Under the pieces are notes generated by a model. The model saw nothing but the letters and a program-made list of their open reading frames with translations. It made no database searches and was not told the DNA's origin. Below are positions 11,618 through 24,885 of a DNA stretch of 64,000 nt, one piece after another; position 1 is the first letter of the stretch; each line of letters begins with the position of its first letter. The stretch is from positions 263,564 to 327,563 of the forward strand of contig RDEW01000035.1 of assembly GCA_011109175.1 (NCBI GenBank), written 5' to 3'. The position numbers were made by a program, and so were the translations under genes. Source of the stretch: Dicyema japonicum (taxonomy: Eukaryota; Animalia; Dicyemida).

Positions 11618-13469
11618 GTTATATATATTATACTAATAAATAATTTAGTAAAAAAGTATTTTATTCAATTAATCTGTTATTAATTCCATTTACCCTTATA
11701 TATTAAGGTGCTGCTAGATTTGATGTCTATTATCCTTCTCAAAACTGAAATTTAGTATTGGAGATATTCAGAAATGCTTGAGTAGGAGAAGTATCCGTAT
11801 TGGAACTTGCAGCCTTCATTTTAAAACCTCTAAACCTGTGCAATCTTTGCTATAACGAGATTTATCATGAAATAATACTTGAAGATAAAAATCCTCATGA
11901 ATCAGTAATCCAATGCTCACAAATACATACAGGAAAGTAACTACCATATATAGACACTCCATAGATCCGAAAGGTTGATCCAATGTAGAGGAAAAAACGA
12001 AGGGGCCTTGACTCAAGAAAAGAAGATATGTCCCGTGGTCATCAAGTGACGACTTACCTATTCGGTCTTCATAGTCAGACTTCTATTTGAGACGACCTTC
12101 GAGGTGGGGCATTTTTATTATTGGAGAAACTCCGTTTTGCAGAATATCTCTCATAAGAGTAACCTTGTAATGATCTTATCTACCATGTACAATACAAGCA
12201 AGGAACTATTTTTCGTATAAAATATTCTACAATTATCTAAAAAGGATTCATTTATTCAAGTTCAAATAATTGGTTAATATTTGTATCTCTATTTAAAAGT
12301 GAAAATAAAAAAAATTAGACGAAAATTCAAGTATATTTTTTAGCGTTTAAGGGAGCAGAATCTTCCACTTTTCGGAACTCTTAAAAAATATCACTAACTG
12401 TTACTTCGAGAATTGACTTGAAAATTTTATGACAACCATTAATAATTGGAAGATACGTAAATGATTCAAAAATTTATCTCCTGAAATTTATGGAATTTTA
12501 TACTCTTGCGTGTATGACAGAAAACATTTTTTCTAGGTTTCAAAAAATTAACGAAAAATGAATTTTCAAAAAAATCTTAATGTAATTGAATAACGCTTCC
12601 TGCCACAAAATATAAAAGAGTAGTAATATTAGTTTTTTATCGAATCTCTATCCAAATTTAATTTACAAATTATTTCTAATGGATATCTCTATGATGATAT
12701 AGACTATGAACAATCAATATCAACCCATCTCCACGTGTACTTTTTACTTGTTAGATCTTATTGTACTTCTTGATTCCAAATTTGTCGCTCTGTCCTTTCT
12801 TTTCTCGATGGATCACCTCAAGTCTGCTTTAAATTCCTCCGCAACACTGGATCATATAATCTGTTCGTGAGAGCGTATCTCGTGGATTTTATATTATTGT
12901 TAGACTCCAATTTCTTCCACTTGAGAGATCGGGGGTAAATAACCAATGTATAGTTTAATTGAATTATTTGTAGAGCCCTTTTCGATTGTTTTCACTAATT
13001 TCTGATTATAGCACAAATTTTACATTTCAGTGGAACATTGGAATTTTAGATTAGAGCTTCTAAATGTGAACAATTCCTCTAAAACAGTACTCACTATGCG
13101 CCTACAATATTATAAATTCCACATGCCACAATAATTGGGGATAACTAAGAAAATAATAATTAGTTGTTCTGAATTAATTATTTATTATTATTTAAAATAT
13201 TCGGGTATTAATAATTTGACTAGAAATTACAAATCTTTTCTCAAAGTAGACATGTTAAAGTTATAAATTTGGCGCTATACAAGATTTTATATAGATGCTT
13301 CCTAGTTTCGAAACATCGTATATGCAATGCCTCCCAGGTCCATCATTTTGTCGATCACACAAGAAAAAGAATAAAGATCACATCCATCTTGAGAGATGAA
13401 GAAATTTAATTCAGTCAAACAAAAATACGATAAATGAAAAAAAAATATTTAATTATAAAATTCCCGAAA

Positions 13470-13660
13470 ATGTCCAATTTGTTCCGCTTGCTATGGAGAC
13501 TTCCGGATCCTACTCCCCCTCTACACTGGAATTTCTCGGACGTCTTGGAAACCGGATCACCTCATACTGGAGATCTCCGCGAACGCCGCTGGCAGAATTT
13601 CTCTCGCAATTCTGAGAGGTAACAGGGCGGCAGCAACTGATGTTTTGTCCTTTTTTAATT
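13470..13660 (+). mobile_element. CRE-like RLE 3' end
   Basis: FVPLAMETSGS..TGDLRERRW..ISLAILRGN; 3' end ACTGATGTTTTGTCCTTTTTTAAT is shared with the 50.6 kb copy. Confidence 0.8.
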
Positions 13661-15689
13661 TGATTTAATAAAATTATTTAATAAAATAAATAAATAAAAA
13701 AATGATTTTATATATCTAGTGGTTAATGACTATTTTGGTTGTTATTTTAATATGGTAGAATAAATACATATCTAAAAATATTGGAGGGTCAAAGTTATTC
13801 AACATCACTCCTGTTTTTTCCCTGATTCCAGGTAATCTATTTCCATATTCTAGATGACTATATATTGCAAGCTATAATAAATTTCATTCATTCTTGTGTT
13901 ATCGGAAAACGAATTTTAACCTCAACTAGGAACGATTATGAAATCACGTGCATTCGAATAAACCAAGAAAATGAAGTTCTCTTAAACTTTAATTTCAGTT
14001 AATGTCATAAGATTCTGACGGAAACTTAATTATTCGGGATTACAATGAGAATTGTCTTAACGTGAATTTTGCTTTTTATTTAAAAATTAAAATTTGAGGT
14101 ATCAAGACATTTATAGTGATTTCAGATAAGTCAGGAACTCCTCGACGACGATGACGAAAAAAGCTCAAAGATAGCCTTAATATTGAAATTGGAGGTATTT
14201 TTGCCGATTTACGTGATTAGAGAAAATTTCGATAACTGTTCTGCTGGATGAGGGGAAATATTATAAATGCAGGAATCTTGACTTGGAAGGATCAACTCAC
14301 ATTCTAAACGCGGTTTCTAATGGATCTCATCTTGTACTTACTGGAAAACATTCAGTACGCATTATCGACACAACAGCTTTAGTTGTAATTTCCCGGTATA
14401 TTATTATTTTAAATATTTAAATAAATAATTCATTATTCTTTAATTTTTAGAATAAAGTTTAATAAATCGGAAATTATTTGCGATTTGTGAGCTCATCCTA
14501 CGATCTACGACTCAATAGCAGTGTCCTTCAACTCCGGAAAATTCTCGTAGTATCCAACATCATTGATCCTGACAATTCCCGCTAGAACTAAAATGGCACG
14601 TGGGGTCTAACACATGCCTTGCGTATCATCCTAATGGTAGTCTCTAATAAGCATTAAAGGTCTCTACCTGTAGTTTGCAGGATGTAGTGTGGCCTCGTCA
14701 AGTGGAAGGTTGATTACCATAGCAACGAATTCTTCCGAGATTGTCCGCTCTAATTAGACAAATGGCTGTAGCACCAAACTCCCATGACATTTGCCTAATC
14801 CACTTAGACAACAGTAAGGCTTATATTTATTGCAGCTATCACGTTTGGTAACAGCAATAAACAAGTAATTAACTCTGTGAAGTTATTTCTACGCCAATGC
14901 TGAAACAGGGATTAGAGGACATGTCCAGTGTGAGTACCCAATTGGCATATTCACTGGGTATTCAGATGAGGTTTTAATGACAAATGGACGGTTGTATTCA
15001 GTTTTTCTCTTTTGAAGAATCGCAGAAATTCTTTGAAGTTTTATTAAATTTTAATTTTTTGGTCGATATATCCCGCCAAAACTACGTTGTTGCTATTGAC
15101 GACGAGAGGGAGGTTTTTTTCCTGTTTGATGACTGGCTTATTACCTTCTGAATATTACCAATGTGACATCTGAGAGTAAGTTGAAGTTTGGGAATTAGAT
15201 AAATCTGCCAAATCGTTAGGATCTTAATTTGATTTAGAATAAACTGGCTAATTATGTCGATTTGTTGGACAGAATCTACTCAATATTGGCTCGAAAAAAT
15301 TGGATGATTTTTTGTACACTGTTTTGTATTGCTAAAATCTCGTACAAATTTGGGAGTTTGCGAGCTGTTGTGCACCTTTGTTATTTATTGTAGATTGGAA
15401 ATGTACGAGAGAACTGGACGTGGATTTTGAGTGATGAATCTGAGATTGAGTGATGATTGCTCAGTAATGATGGGTGTTGTAACCAAACCCCACTTTGATC
15501 AAATAACCATATGGGATTTTGAGAATCTCTCCGTTTCCCCACCTTTAATTGCATTTCCAATATTACGGATTTAGGTTGGTTTTCGATTTTATATTTAATA
15601 TTATTTAATTTCCTAATAATTTATTTTTTTTAATATTTCGTAATTTTTAGTTGTATTAAATTTATTTTTTTTATTTAAATATTTAAATT

Positions 15690-16600
15690 TATTAATTTCT
15701 AGACAAACTTTCATGCAAAAACCAAGTGGACTCAATTCTTTCAAAGCTTCCATCTCGGAAACTGTCCAATGACTTGGTTGAATACATGGACGTGTGGCGA
15801 AGTGAAGGGCTTAGCGAGCCGCGTAACCCAGACCAACAATCGTCTTGGATGATCCATAGATGGAATGCTCTGGCATCCAACCTAGTCAGCCGGCTCTCTG
15901 GACATCGCCTGGATTGTTTCCAAAATTCGAGGGAGGCGGTTGATGGATCTTGGCTTGGGGTTTACCCATGTCAAGAAGTTGGTGGATTGTTGGATGATGA
16001 CTCACTTCGTACAGCTGTATGTCTACACCTCGGATTGCCTGTTTGCACCAAATCGAAGTGCAAATGTGGCTGTCTATCGGACGAACTGGGTCTCCACCTC
16101 CTCTCATGCCGGAGCGGAATTGGCAGATCTTCTCGACATTCGGCAATGAACGGCATCATTAAGAGGGCATTAGAATCGGCTGGATTCCGTTGCCGGATCG
16201 AACCGACTGGTCTATTTGACAACGGAAGACGCCCTGACGGCATGACCTCCTTTCCTTTTGAGCGAGGGCGAAACCTTGTATGGGATGTGACCTGTGTCTG
16301 CTCTTTCGCCCCAAGCAAAAAAAATTATTCACCGGGCAGACCTTCTTCTCAAGCAGAGGAAGTAAAAAATGCTAAATACTCGGATATCAGCGACAGGTAC
16401 ATTTTCGCACCTGTCGCGATTGAAACTTCGGGGAACTTTGGCCCTAAAACACTGAAGTTCCTGAACCATTTGGAAAACTACTAACTGACAAAACTGGTGA
16501 TCTTCGTGAGACGAGATGGCTCAAGGAGAGGCTCTCGTTGGCTGTTGTCCGTGGGAATAGCTTGTGCATCTCCCAACAGCTGAATTAAAATTAACTATTC
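15690..16600 (+). mobile_element. CRE-like non-LTR retrotransposon, longest copy (zinc knuckle plus RLE)
   Basis: 252-aa ORF with CKCGCLSDELGLHLLSC..RH, RPDGMT..GRNLVWDVTC and FAPVAIETSG; a frameshift precedes TGDLRETRWLKERLSLAVVRGNS. Confidence 0.9.
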
Positions 16601-17562
16601 TTTTTCCTTTTTCCTTATAATAAATAAGTATTTTATGTTTAGTGGAGTTAAAGATACTTTTACTTTAAAGCGGGAAATTTTATCGGAAAACATTTTTGCT
16701 ATGTATGCTGGGTTTTTTGGAAAATTGAGTGGACTTTGATGGAATCAGAATTTAATCAAAATTTGTCCACGTGACAAACTTAGGCTGGAAAATTGTACTC
16801 AAATCACTGATATGCCGAAGCAGAGCACGTTTACTAGTTATTTGGATGAAGAGTCAAAAGTGGTGAAGACGGTTTATTTCGTTACTGTTAGTAGTGGTTA
16901 TAGTGAATATGTATGTTGTTGTGTTATTGTAGTTGATGACGCTGTCCTCACATATGCTTCCTCCTGCTGATGTTATGTGGGCCAAACAGTATTTTGATGA
17001 CTTGATTAAAATGAAATGTGGAATCTGATTTTTATAATAAATGATTTTATACTTTTTTAATAATATTTTTTGATTCCATTCAAAAAAAAACTTGGTGTTT
17101 TCTCTTCTTAAGTCTACCGTTTCCTATCTTATATTAGTCCGTAAATCGAACTGTATTAAAGGCACTCATTTCTAGTGTGGCATCATTTGGTTCCCATAAT
17201 TGCAGGGACTGGTTCTAGATGTTTTCTTCTTTTCCTCTGGTTCTGGCATGAAGTTATTTGATATTGGAAAGTCTCTGCTTGGGTCATTATTGGAACTGGA
17301 TACGTTTATTAATTGTTTACTGTTAACTTTTCCTCTGTGTATCTTGACCAATCTAGAAACGATCAGTATTTGGAAATATTTTGAGTCCATCAAGTCTATT
17401 ATTCAAAGTGACACGCTAAAATCTCATTGGTCGCATTTTGACTTGGATACAAGCACGCCAAAAAAATATCGCTTAAATTTAATTCCAGAAATTTTCATGC
17501 CTAAGTTGGTAAAAGTTGCATAAATCTGTTAATACTATGAAATTTAAATGACAATTAAAGAA

Positions 17563-17875
17563 CGGGTGCATAGTGGTTAGGTGTCGGCTAAAGTGACTTA
17601 GGCTACGGGTTCGATTCTCGCTGCTGTCCACCTGGTGGAAGGTTCCACGCATCTTCGATTCCAAAAGGGTTTGACGAGTGACGCCGTCATCAGTGGATAC
17701 TCACTGCGGAACTAGATTGTCTAGATAGGACCCACACACACAAAAAAGTGAAGATTATCCCTCGCTCTACGATTAGTTAAAATTAACTGTTCTTTATTAA
17801 TTAAAGTGTGTGTCTTGCCTTTGCGGAGCTATAAATTTTATGGCTCTCGTGAAAAGGCTGTTATTATTATTATTA
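17563..17875 (+). mobile_element. tRNA-derived SINE family 1, copy 2
   Basis: GCATAGTGG and GGTTCGATTCTC boxes, same body as 9272, (TTA)n tail. Confidence 0.8.
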
Positions 17876-18029
17876 GAGAACTGCCTGTATTTTTGTCATT
17901 ACTTATTAACCCCGAATACACTGGAAAATAAGTTAATATTTAATAACTAATTAAATGTCTCCCATTCCCACAGAGTCATTCTAATATTTCACTCAGAACC
18001 AACAAAAAGGAAAAAACATATCCAGCATG

Positions 18030-18230
18030 TGCAACCTTAAAAATCCTTTCAATTGGATGTAAGAAAGCAAGTGATCCATTTTCATTCTATCCCGGTACCT
18101 GAGATAGATGGATCACATGAAGCCACTCTATTAGAACGAAAGAAGATAATAAATTACAACAAGTAGGAGGCTAGTAAGGAAAATCGATCCCGTGGCCAAT
18201 TGCTGTGAATTATTAGTTAGTTTTTACAAA
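18030..18230 (-). mobile_element. SINE family 2, diverged copy
   Basis: Core CCTGAGATAGATGGATCACATGA and a degenerate B box (GGATCGATTTTCC on the minus strand). Confidence 0.5.
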
Positions 18231-18234
18231 GGCT

Positions 18235-18620
18235 GAGGAACAGGAGATGGACTCCTTTCATCGAAGGAAGCAGAGAAGAATTCTCAGTTTGAATTGGGAA
18301 ATGAAAATAAACAAGAAAGCTTTATATAATATCTCTGCCACTGGTCATTTGAGTCTCGAGATCCTGATCTAAGATGGAGACTCTTCAGACATATACTGAG
18401 ATTGAAAACGGATTACCCAGCTAATATAGAGATGGAGGAGTACTTCGTCGTTAATGGATCACGTTTCTGTGGACGCCCGCGAATCACACTCCTTGGTATA
18501 CTTGATAATGATCTCAAGAATGCCAAAAGGAAAATGAAATGCGGAAATCATCTGGACGACTCGAGAGAGGTTGTGCATGACCACGGAAGGTGGAATCACT
18601 TGTTTGATAGTTTCTAACCA
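18235..18620 (+). mobile_element. RTE-clade LINE 3' fragment
   Basis: MDSFHRRKQRRIL, WRLFRHIL, PANIEMEEYF..FCGRPRITL..LDNDL. Confidence 0.8.
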
Positions 18621-19310
18621 AACGAGTAAAATTATAACTATTACTGTCTTACAAATGTTATTTTTAAAAATATCAGTTAGTTTTAATTGCCATCAGTAAA
18701 TTTGTAACTTTTTCTAAAAAAACTTACAATTTTTTTAAATGGAGCTTTCACATAACATCGCCTCATTTTCTCACTACGGGATGCCTAGTGTTGGTGATAA
18801 TTGAAGTTACTCATGGAGAACTTGTTGCCGCTTAATATGCCGTATAATTAGAGCCCCTCTGACTCAACGAAACTAAAAAAGTATAATAAGACGACTTCTT
18901 TTCGCTGAATAGTAGGAATTTGGCCTTGTATCGAAAGTTTTTGATTTTCTAACGTTTTTTTAGCCACAAAGTTCTTTCAAACACTGAAAAATTGTCTATT
19001 TAATGGTTAGATCGAAGAAATACGATAATCAAACTGTGATTATCTATTGTGGGTTATATTATAATTAGAACAGTAAAAACTTATATATAATCTGTAATGT
19101 ATTAAGCCTGGTCTAATATTCATGAGATATTACAAGATTGCACGTGGAGATCAGACAATCGAATTGTTTTTAAAAATGACACTTTTATCTTTAGGAACTC
19201 ACATAATTGCATTACATTACTACATATAACTAATTCAGACTCATGATTTACTTCAATGATAGTAATATCATTCTCTAATTTCATTTGTTGTATTAACCCT
19301 CAGTGATTAT

Positions 19311-21019
19311 TAGGGCAAGTTGTTTCTAGCACTTAAAAAAATTTTTTAGCGCTAAAAAATCACAAAATCTAGCAATTATAATTAAAAAAGTTAGCACTTA
19401 AAATGATAAAATCTAGCATTTAAAATTGTAAAATCTATAACTTAAAATAATAAAATAAAACATTTAAATTTTATTTATTGTAATATAATAAAAGTTAATG
19501 CTTGATATTGTCTGGATGGAAGTTCCTATCCTTTTTTAAAAATTTTTTAGCATTTTAATAGCTCTTTCAACAGATGCATAGGATGCCTGACAGCGTGCAA
19601 GAGAAAAATAATCTTGTTGGCTAATTTTTGGTTCAGTCATTTCAATAATAAGTTTAAATCCATTTTCCTCCATTCTTTTATTTATATAATTTTTGATATT
19701 TGCCTTGTCATTATCAAAATGTAGTCCTTGTATAATAGTAATCTTCCATCATTTGATTGCAAGGAATCACTTCGTCCATTCTCAGAACATGTCCGATAAG
19801 TCGCCAGCGTGAGGTAATTACTTCTCTGCTTATCGGTTTGCATTTACATAATTTGTAGAGAGTGTCTTTTTTGATAATCTGTGGCCATTTAATTCCCGCA
19901 ATTTTTCTCAATTGATTTCTATGAAATGTGTCTAGTCAGTCACGGTCCGTTTTTGATGTTCTCCATGTTCCCGAGTTGTATAATAGGACTGGTTGTATGA
20001 ACGTGCTATATAAGCGCATCCGAAGATTTAAGGAGATAAGTTTTCTGCGAGTCCAAATACTCCACATCTTTTCAGTGCACACGATACCAACATCTTTCTG
20101 CGAGCAATGACCTCAGCATCACCCAAAAACGAGCCGAGCCTTTTAGTAAACTTTCATTTTTCATCGAACCGCTGAATCGAAGTTAACTCCGTTTTTCTGA
20201 ATTGATCTTCAAAGACCACCTCGCCAGAACTGTTGTGGCTTTATCTATTACAGTTCTTAGTACCACCACATCCTCAGACACAAAATCGATGTCATCAGCA
20301 TACATTAATTTAACAAAATGATTATTTAAGTGACCTAATTCTTTCCTAACGTCCCTCAACGCAGCTTCCAAATAGATTGCAAGGAGAACTGGCGAAAGCG
20401 AGTCCCCTTGCAGAATACCAATGCCGGTCGTGAATTTTTCCGAATAGCCCTTCCCTACTTTCACTATGAGGCTCGTGTCAGCCAGCAAAAAACGCACAAT
20501 CATCAAACAGTCCTCATCAATTATGTCCTTGAGAACTTGCAATATTTATCTCTGCAGACACAGTCGAATGCTTTTGATTAGCCGACTCCCAGAGTATATA
20601 TTGATTTTCTGTACTTCTGACATATTGACGCAAGCTACCGATGACTCCATACTATATCAGCAGTTGATTTTCCTGGTTTGAATCCGCTTTGACTTTGTGA
20701 CAAGTATTGGTCAACTGAATTTGATATTCAATTCAATGTTGTAATCGACAATGTTTTTCGCAAAGTGGTCAAAAGTACGATCGGTTTGAAATTTTCGATT
20801 GGACCTGCAGGTTTCAGAATCCGTAAACACATTATTAACTGCAATTTAAATTAGCATTTAAACAAAAATTAGCATTTAAAATTAAAAATAGCACTTATAG
20901 CATTTATAATGTATGTTTTTTTTAACAAAATTAAAAAATAATTATTCCAAATTCAAATTTATATTTAAAAAAGTATAAAAAAAATAAAAATAGCATTTTA
21001 GCACTTAAATTGCCCCTCA
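19311..21019 (-). mobile_element. Non-autonomous CGGBP1-type hAT element carrying a nested RTE
   Basis: Ends TAGGGCAA...TTGCCCCTCA, flanked by GTGATTAT at 19303-10 and 21020-27; TAGCAYTTAAA subterminal repeats; minus-strand remnant CQASYASVERAIKMLK..DRNF. Confidence 0.75.
19700..20825 (-). mobile_element. RTE-clade LINE RT plus C-terminus, degraded
   Basis: GPIENFKPIVLLTTLRK, GILQGDSLSPVL, LMYADDIDF, WRLIGHVLRMD. Confidence 0.9.
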
Positions 21020-21589
21020 GTGATTATTCACTAAACTAACTAAAATTCTACATAGGTCAACTATTTCAGCAACAGTGATACAAGAGACTATGAATTATAA
21101 TTATTTAACATCAAGTAAACCAAAAATTCCCATTTTAATCATAAGTTAACCAGACGATTAATTTTTGTAGGTTAATAACCTAATTTGCCTCCTCTATGGC
21201 ATAACTAATTACCGTGATTTTCAATACCAAATCAGGAAATCAACGACACAGCAAAGAATGGATATTATGACTTTCTTGGTTACTCTATGATGGTGTAATA
21301 ATAAGAATTATCACTTTTCGTGTAGACAGTTTAGTTTTAATTTTAGTTTGCTTTATATTTGGTGAGACTGTCTTATAAGTCGAATTTTCACAATAAAGCC
21401 CTAAAATAATAATAACCAAAAGAGCTAAATTTAATAGTATCTCTATTATTGACTATTTTGGGCATTAACCAAGAAAATTTAAAAAATAGTTTGACAAGCA
21501 CCCTAAATAGCCTTATTATAATGCATATTCGCAATAAGGAAGTAATATTCTTCCCGTAGCTTATGGAACTCCCTGATTATCCAGTTTGG

Positions 21590-21890
21590 TAGACTCTTCC
21601 AAACTCGTCTTGAGATTACAATTTTTCAGAGACTTTCTTGATTACATTCTAATGTAATTTTAACATGTTTTAGATCGATTTTCAGTTTTGATGGCGAAGT
21701 TGTTCGTGGCTTACTTCTAAAACCCCCTAGGCAGAACAAGTATGATTCAATAATGTAGTGAGCAGGAACGGCATGAGTCATCCATAATATGTGCCCAAAT
21801 AATCCCAAGTGCTTTGATTTAAAAACTGTGTATATGTCTTGGTTTTTGATAAGTATGATTTGTCCAGGATGTGTTTTAGACATACGTACA
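21590..21890 (-). mobile_element. RTE-clade LINE 3' fragment
   Basis: LFGHILWM..PAHYIIESYL..FRSKPRTT..LKIDL. Confidence 0.75.
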
Positions 21891-22024
21891 ATTGAGGGAC
21901 GTCACCACCTCAGCCAATCAAATTTAATAATTTAAATATTTTGTAAATTAACGTATAAAAACAACAATTAAAAAATAAAAAAGAATTTAATGTTAGTAAG
22001 AATTAAAGTTCATAGACGAATTTA

Positions 22025-23038
22025 ATGTTGTCCTTTCCTAGACGCTTCCACTGTCAGTATGGCCACCACCCTCCTAGCTGATACTTGGCTCACTGTAAGA
22101 GTCAGGGGGAGCCTGTCTCGCCGATTTGAGACGACTGTTGGCACTCCACAGGGAGACCCATTATCACCTATCATTTTTGTCATATACCTTGAAGCTGCTT
22201 TACGGGAGTCAAAACTGATAATGGGTGAAATGACAAACATTATTGCGTATGCTGACGACGTAGACTTTATTTCAAACGACAAAATATCGCTCACCGCTTG
22301 ATGGAAGAAGTGTTTAATTGCTAAAAGTAAATCCGGACAAGACTGAGGGAACTGAACACAAGAGGGAAGAAACAAGGAAGAAGGAGCACTGGCGCAAGTG
22401 CAAAAAGTTTGGCTTCCTCCTAGGAGACCGTGAAGAAATTACAAGGAAAACCCTAGCACAAACTGCCTTCTCCAGATTAAAGAACACCTGGCTCTACAAA
22501 AAGGGCCTTGATATTATAACAAAAACTCGATTATAAAACTCACTAGTGAAACCCATACTACTGTATAACGCTGGTACCTGGACCTGCTCAAGAAATGAAC
22601 TGAAGAAGCTTAATGGGTTTCATAGAGACCAACTACGGCATATGATGTTTGAAAGAAGTGATACGAGAATGTTATCTAATCATTTTTATAAGAGGACGAA
22701 GACCTCAGAAATTTCTAATGAGATTCTGGATACACGATAGAGGCTTTTTGGTCATATTCTGCGACTGGACCTAGATTCACCCGCGAACGTAGCCATGGAG
22801 GATTATATCATGTTGGAGGCCCCCTGTTTCCGTGGTCGCCCAAGGACGAAACTGTCAGTCGTTTTCGACGAGGACCTCAAAGAAATGGGACGGCATTTTG
22901 GAAGTGGAGAAGATCTTGACTGGTTACGCACTACGGCTTTGAATAGGAGAAATAGATGAAACTAACCAGTGTTTTGCTAACTCGTGTTGCATATGTTTTG
23001 TCAAGTCCTATGACATAGCGATAAGTGAAAATAATAAT
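22025..23038 (+). mobile_element. RTE-clade LINE, 5'-truncated
   Basis: VGTPQGDPLSPIIF, IAYADDVDF, KPILLYNAGTW, RLFGHILR, FRGRPRT; ends in (ATA)n. Confidence 0.9.
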
Positions 23039-23291
23039 AAGTGGTTCTAGAAGGTCTACCGTATTATGAGCAGGGATATGACAATGTCTCGTAAAAGAAG
23101 CTGTAGACCAAATAATTATCTTGTAGGTATTAAATCTAATCGAGGAGGAATGAAAACCTTTCCTCACATAAAAACTACCTAAAAAAATTTTCCCGTTAGA
23201 CTTAAGCTTGTTCGAGGTATGCCAAAAATTCACGTGCCTAGACTAAAATTCTAAAAAACGAAATGAAGAGGATCAAATCAGGTATTTCAAT
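23039..23291 (+). repeat. Unclassified ~250-bp dispersed repeat, copy 2
   Basis: Aligns with 7031-7284. Confidence 0.8.
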
Positions 23292-23439
23292 TTTATTCAC
23301 ATCCAGTTATGCAAATAAGTGAGTGTCTCATCCTCCCTCAGAATCGACCTTAACATTTCTGTTGTGTCCATGGGGAAACGAAATCTTAACGTTCCCTGAT
23401 GATTCTTCGTTCCGTTGTTATCTGAGATGCTGCACGTTT

Positions 23440-23635
23440 CAATTATAGATTGTTAAAAGGAGTGCGGGCAGAGCACCCCGCCATGCTTCTATGAACAACA
23501 TTGTCATGCGTGCTCTTGAAGCTGCAGGCTTCCCAGCAGTACTGGAGCCCATAAGATTGGACCGCGGAGACGGGAAAAGACCGGATGGGTTAACTATCTT
23601 TCCGTTCACTGAGAGAAAATCACTCTATAGGACTG
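23440..23635 (+). mobile_element. CRE-like RLE fragment
   Basis: RHASMNNIVMRALEAAGFPAVLEPIRLDRGDGKRPDGLTIFPF. Confidence 0.85.
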
Positions 23636-23859
23636 CACTGTTGTGGATTCTTTGTCGAACTCGATTTACATTATTTGGCATGTTCTGCCTTTTGACACGT
23701 TTCTGTCCTTTAACACGTTGGTTTGGTCCCGTATTTTGTTTTACATTTATTTCATATATTTCTATTATATTGTCGCACATTTAGACAAATATTATTTATG
23801 TTATTGTTTCATCAAATAGTGTTGAAGGTCTTTTATCAAAATGTCTAATATATATTTTG

Positions 23860-24481
23860 GAACCTATAAATATGAATTGAAAGGACATTCGGTTCAGTCA
23901 ATATTGACGAATCAAAATGTCGAAATTAGAGTTGACACGTCGATTTTGACAGAAACAAAAGTTCCAATACAATAAACCTGATATTTTCGTGTATGACAAA
24001 ACAAAGAAGGAAGTAACTTAATTGAAGTGGGATTACCTCACAAGACCGACTAAAGCAAGTTGAAGTTGAGAAACTTCACAAATATGACTTGCTAGCAAAT
24101 AAACTTTCGCTGCTCTATGAATGCCAAGTGAAGATTATTCCAGTGGTTTTGACATGGGATGGAGTTGTCTCAAGATGCTTCAAGAATCATATGGATAAAT
24201 TATCTATTGAAGAATCAACGAGGGCTTAAATCCAATCGGTTGTGCTGAAGAGAACGCTCGAATGTATGCTCATTGAACATAAGCATGGGATGAAGGTATA
24301 CGATGAAGAGTACGCCTCTGCTACCTCCCAACTTGTGGAACTGGCATGCCGTGAGAACAGCCCATTGGACTCTAACGGAGATATTTTGACTGAATCTGAT
24401 GTGGAGATGCGGAGTAACAGAGAGGTTATGGCACATTCTTCTTCTAAGAGAAAAAGAGGGATTACCAACAATCTGGATTAA
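23860..24481 (+). mobile_element. R4-like retrotransposon RLE domain and 3' end
   Basis: KPDIFVYDKTKKEVTLIEVG..TSQDRLKQVEVEKLHKYDLLA (PD-(D/E)xK), then IIPVVLTWDG and QSVVLKRTLE. Confidence 0.9.
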
Positions 24482-24779
24482 AATACGCTTAATTAGTTGA
24501 TTTACTCGTTTATTTACTATTATTAAATTTATTTTTTTATCAATATTTTGAAAATTTATTGTAATTTTTCTGAAATGTTATCATTATTGCTAACTGAAAG
24601 CTCATTCAATTATTTTTTTCTCGTCGGTGGGTATTATAAATGCACGAAACTATTTACGTCCCCATGAGAAGGGAGTTTGCTTTTCTTTTATCACATCCAG
24701 TTTGAAAGGCAATGTCAAGACATTCCAGATCGACTTGACTTTGATCTGGCATTACTTGTTGACCTTCAAATAATCAATA

Positions 24780-24885
24780 TTTTGGTTATGTAATCCAAAT
24801 TAAGTCGTGTCTGACCCTTGGAGATATCATGAGCCAATTTTCTCCACTCTCCCCGATCCGTCGCAATTTGGAGTGCCTTGATATG
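24780..24885 (-). mobile_element. RTE/BovB-like extreme 3' fragment
   Basis: ALQIATDRGEWRKLAHDISKGQTRLN. Confidence 0.5.

Noticed and set aside
16810-16840. Helitron-like 3' end (GC-rich stretch then CTAGT)
   Set aside because: No convincing hairpin, no second copy and no Rep/helicase remnant.
17660-17700. Hammerhead-like core on the minus strand of SINE family 1 (also ~9390-9415)
   Set aside because: Stem II is plausible, but GAAA is absent in both copies and stems I/III do not form.
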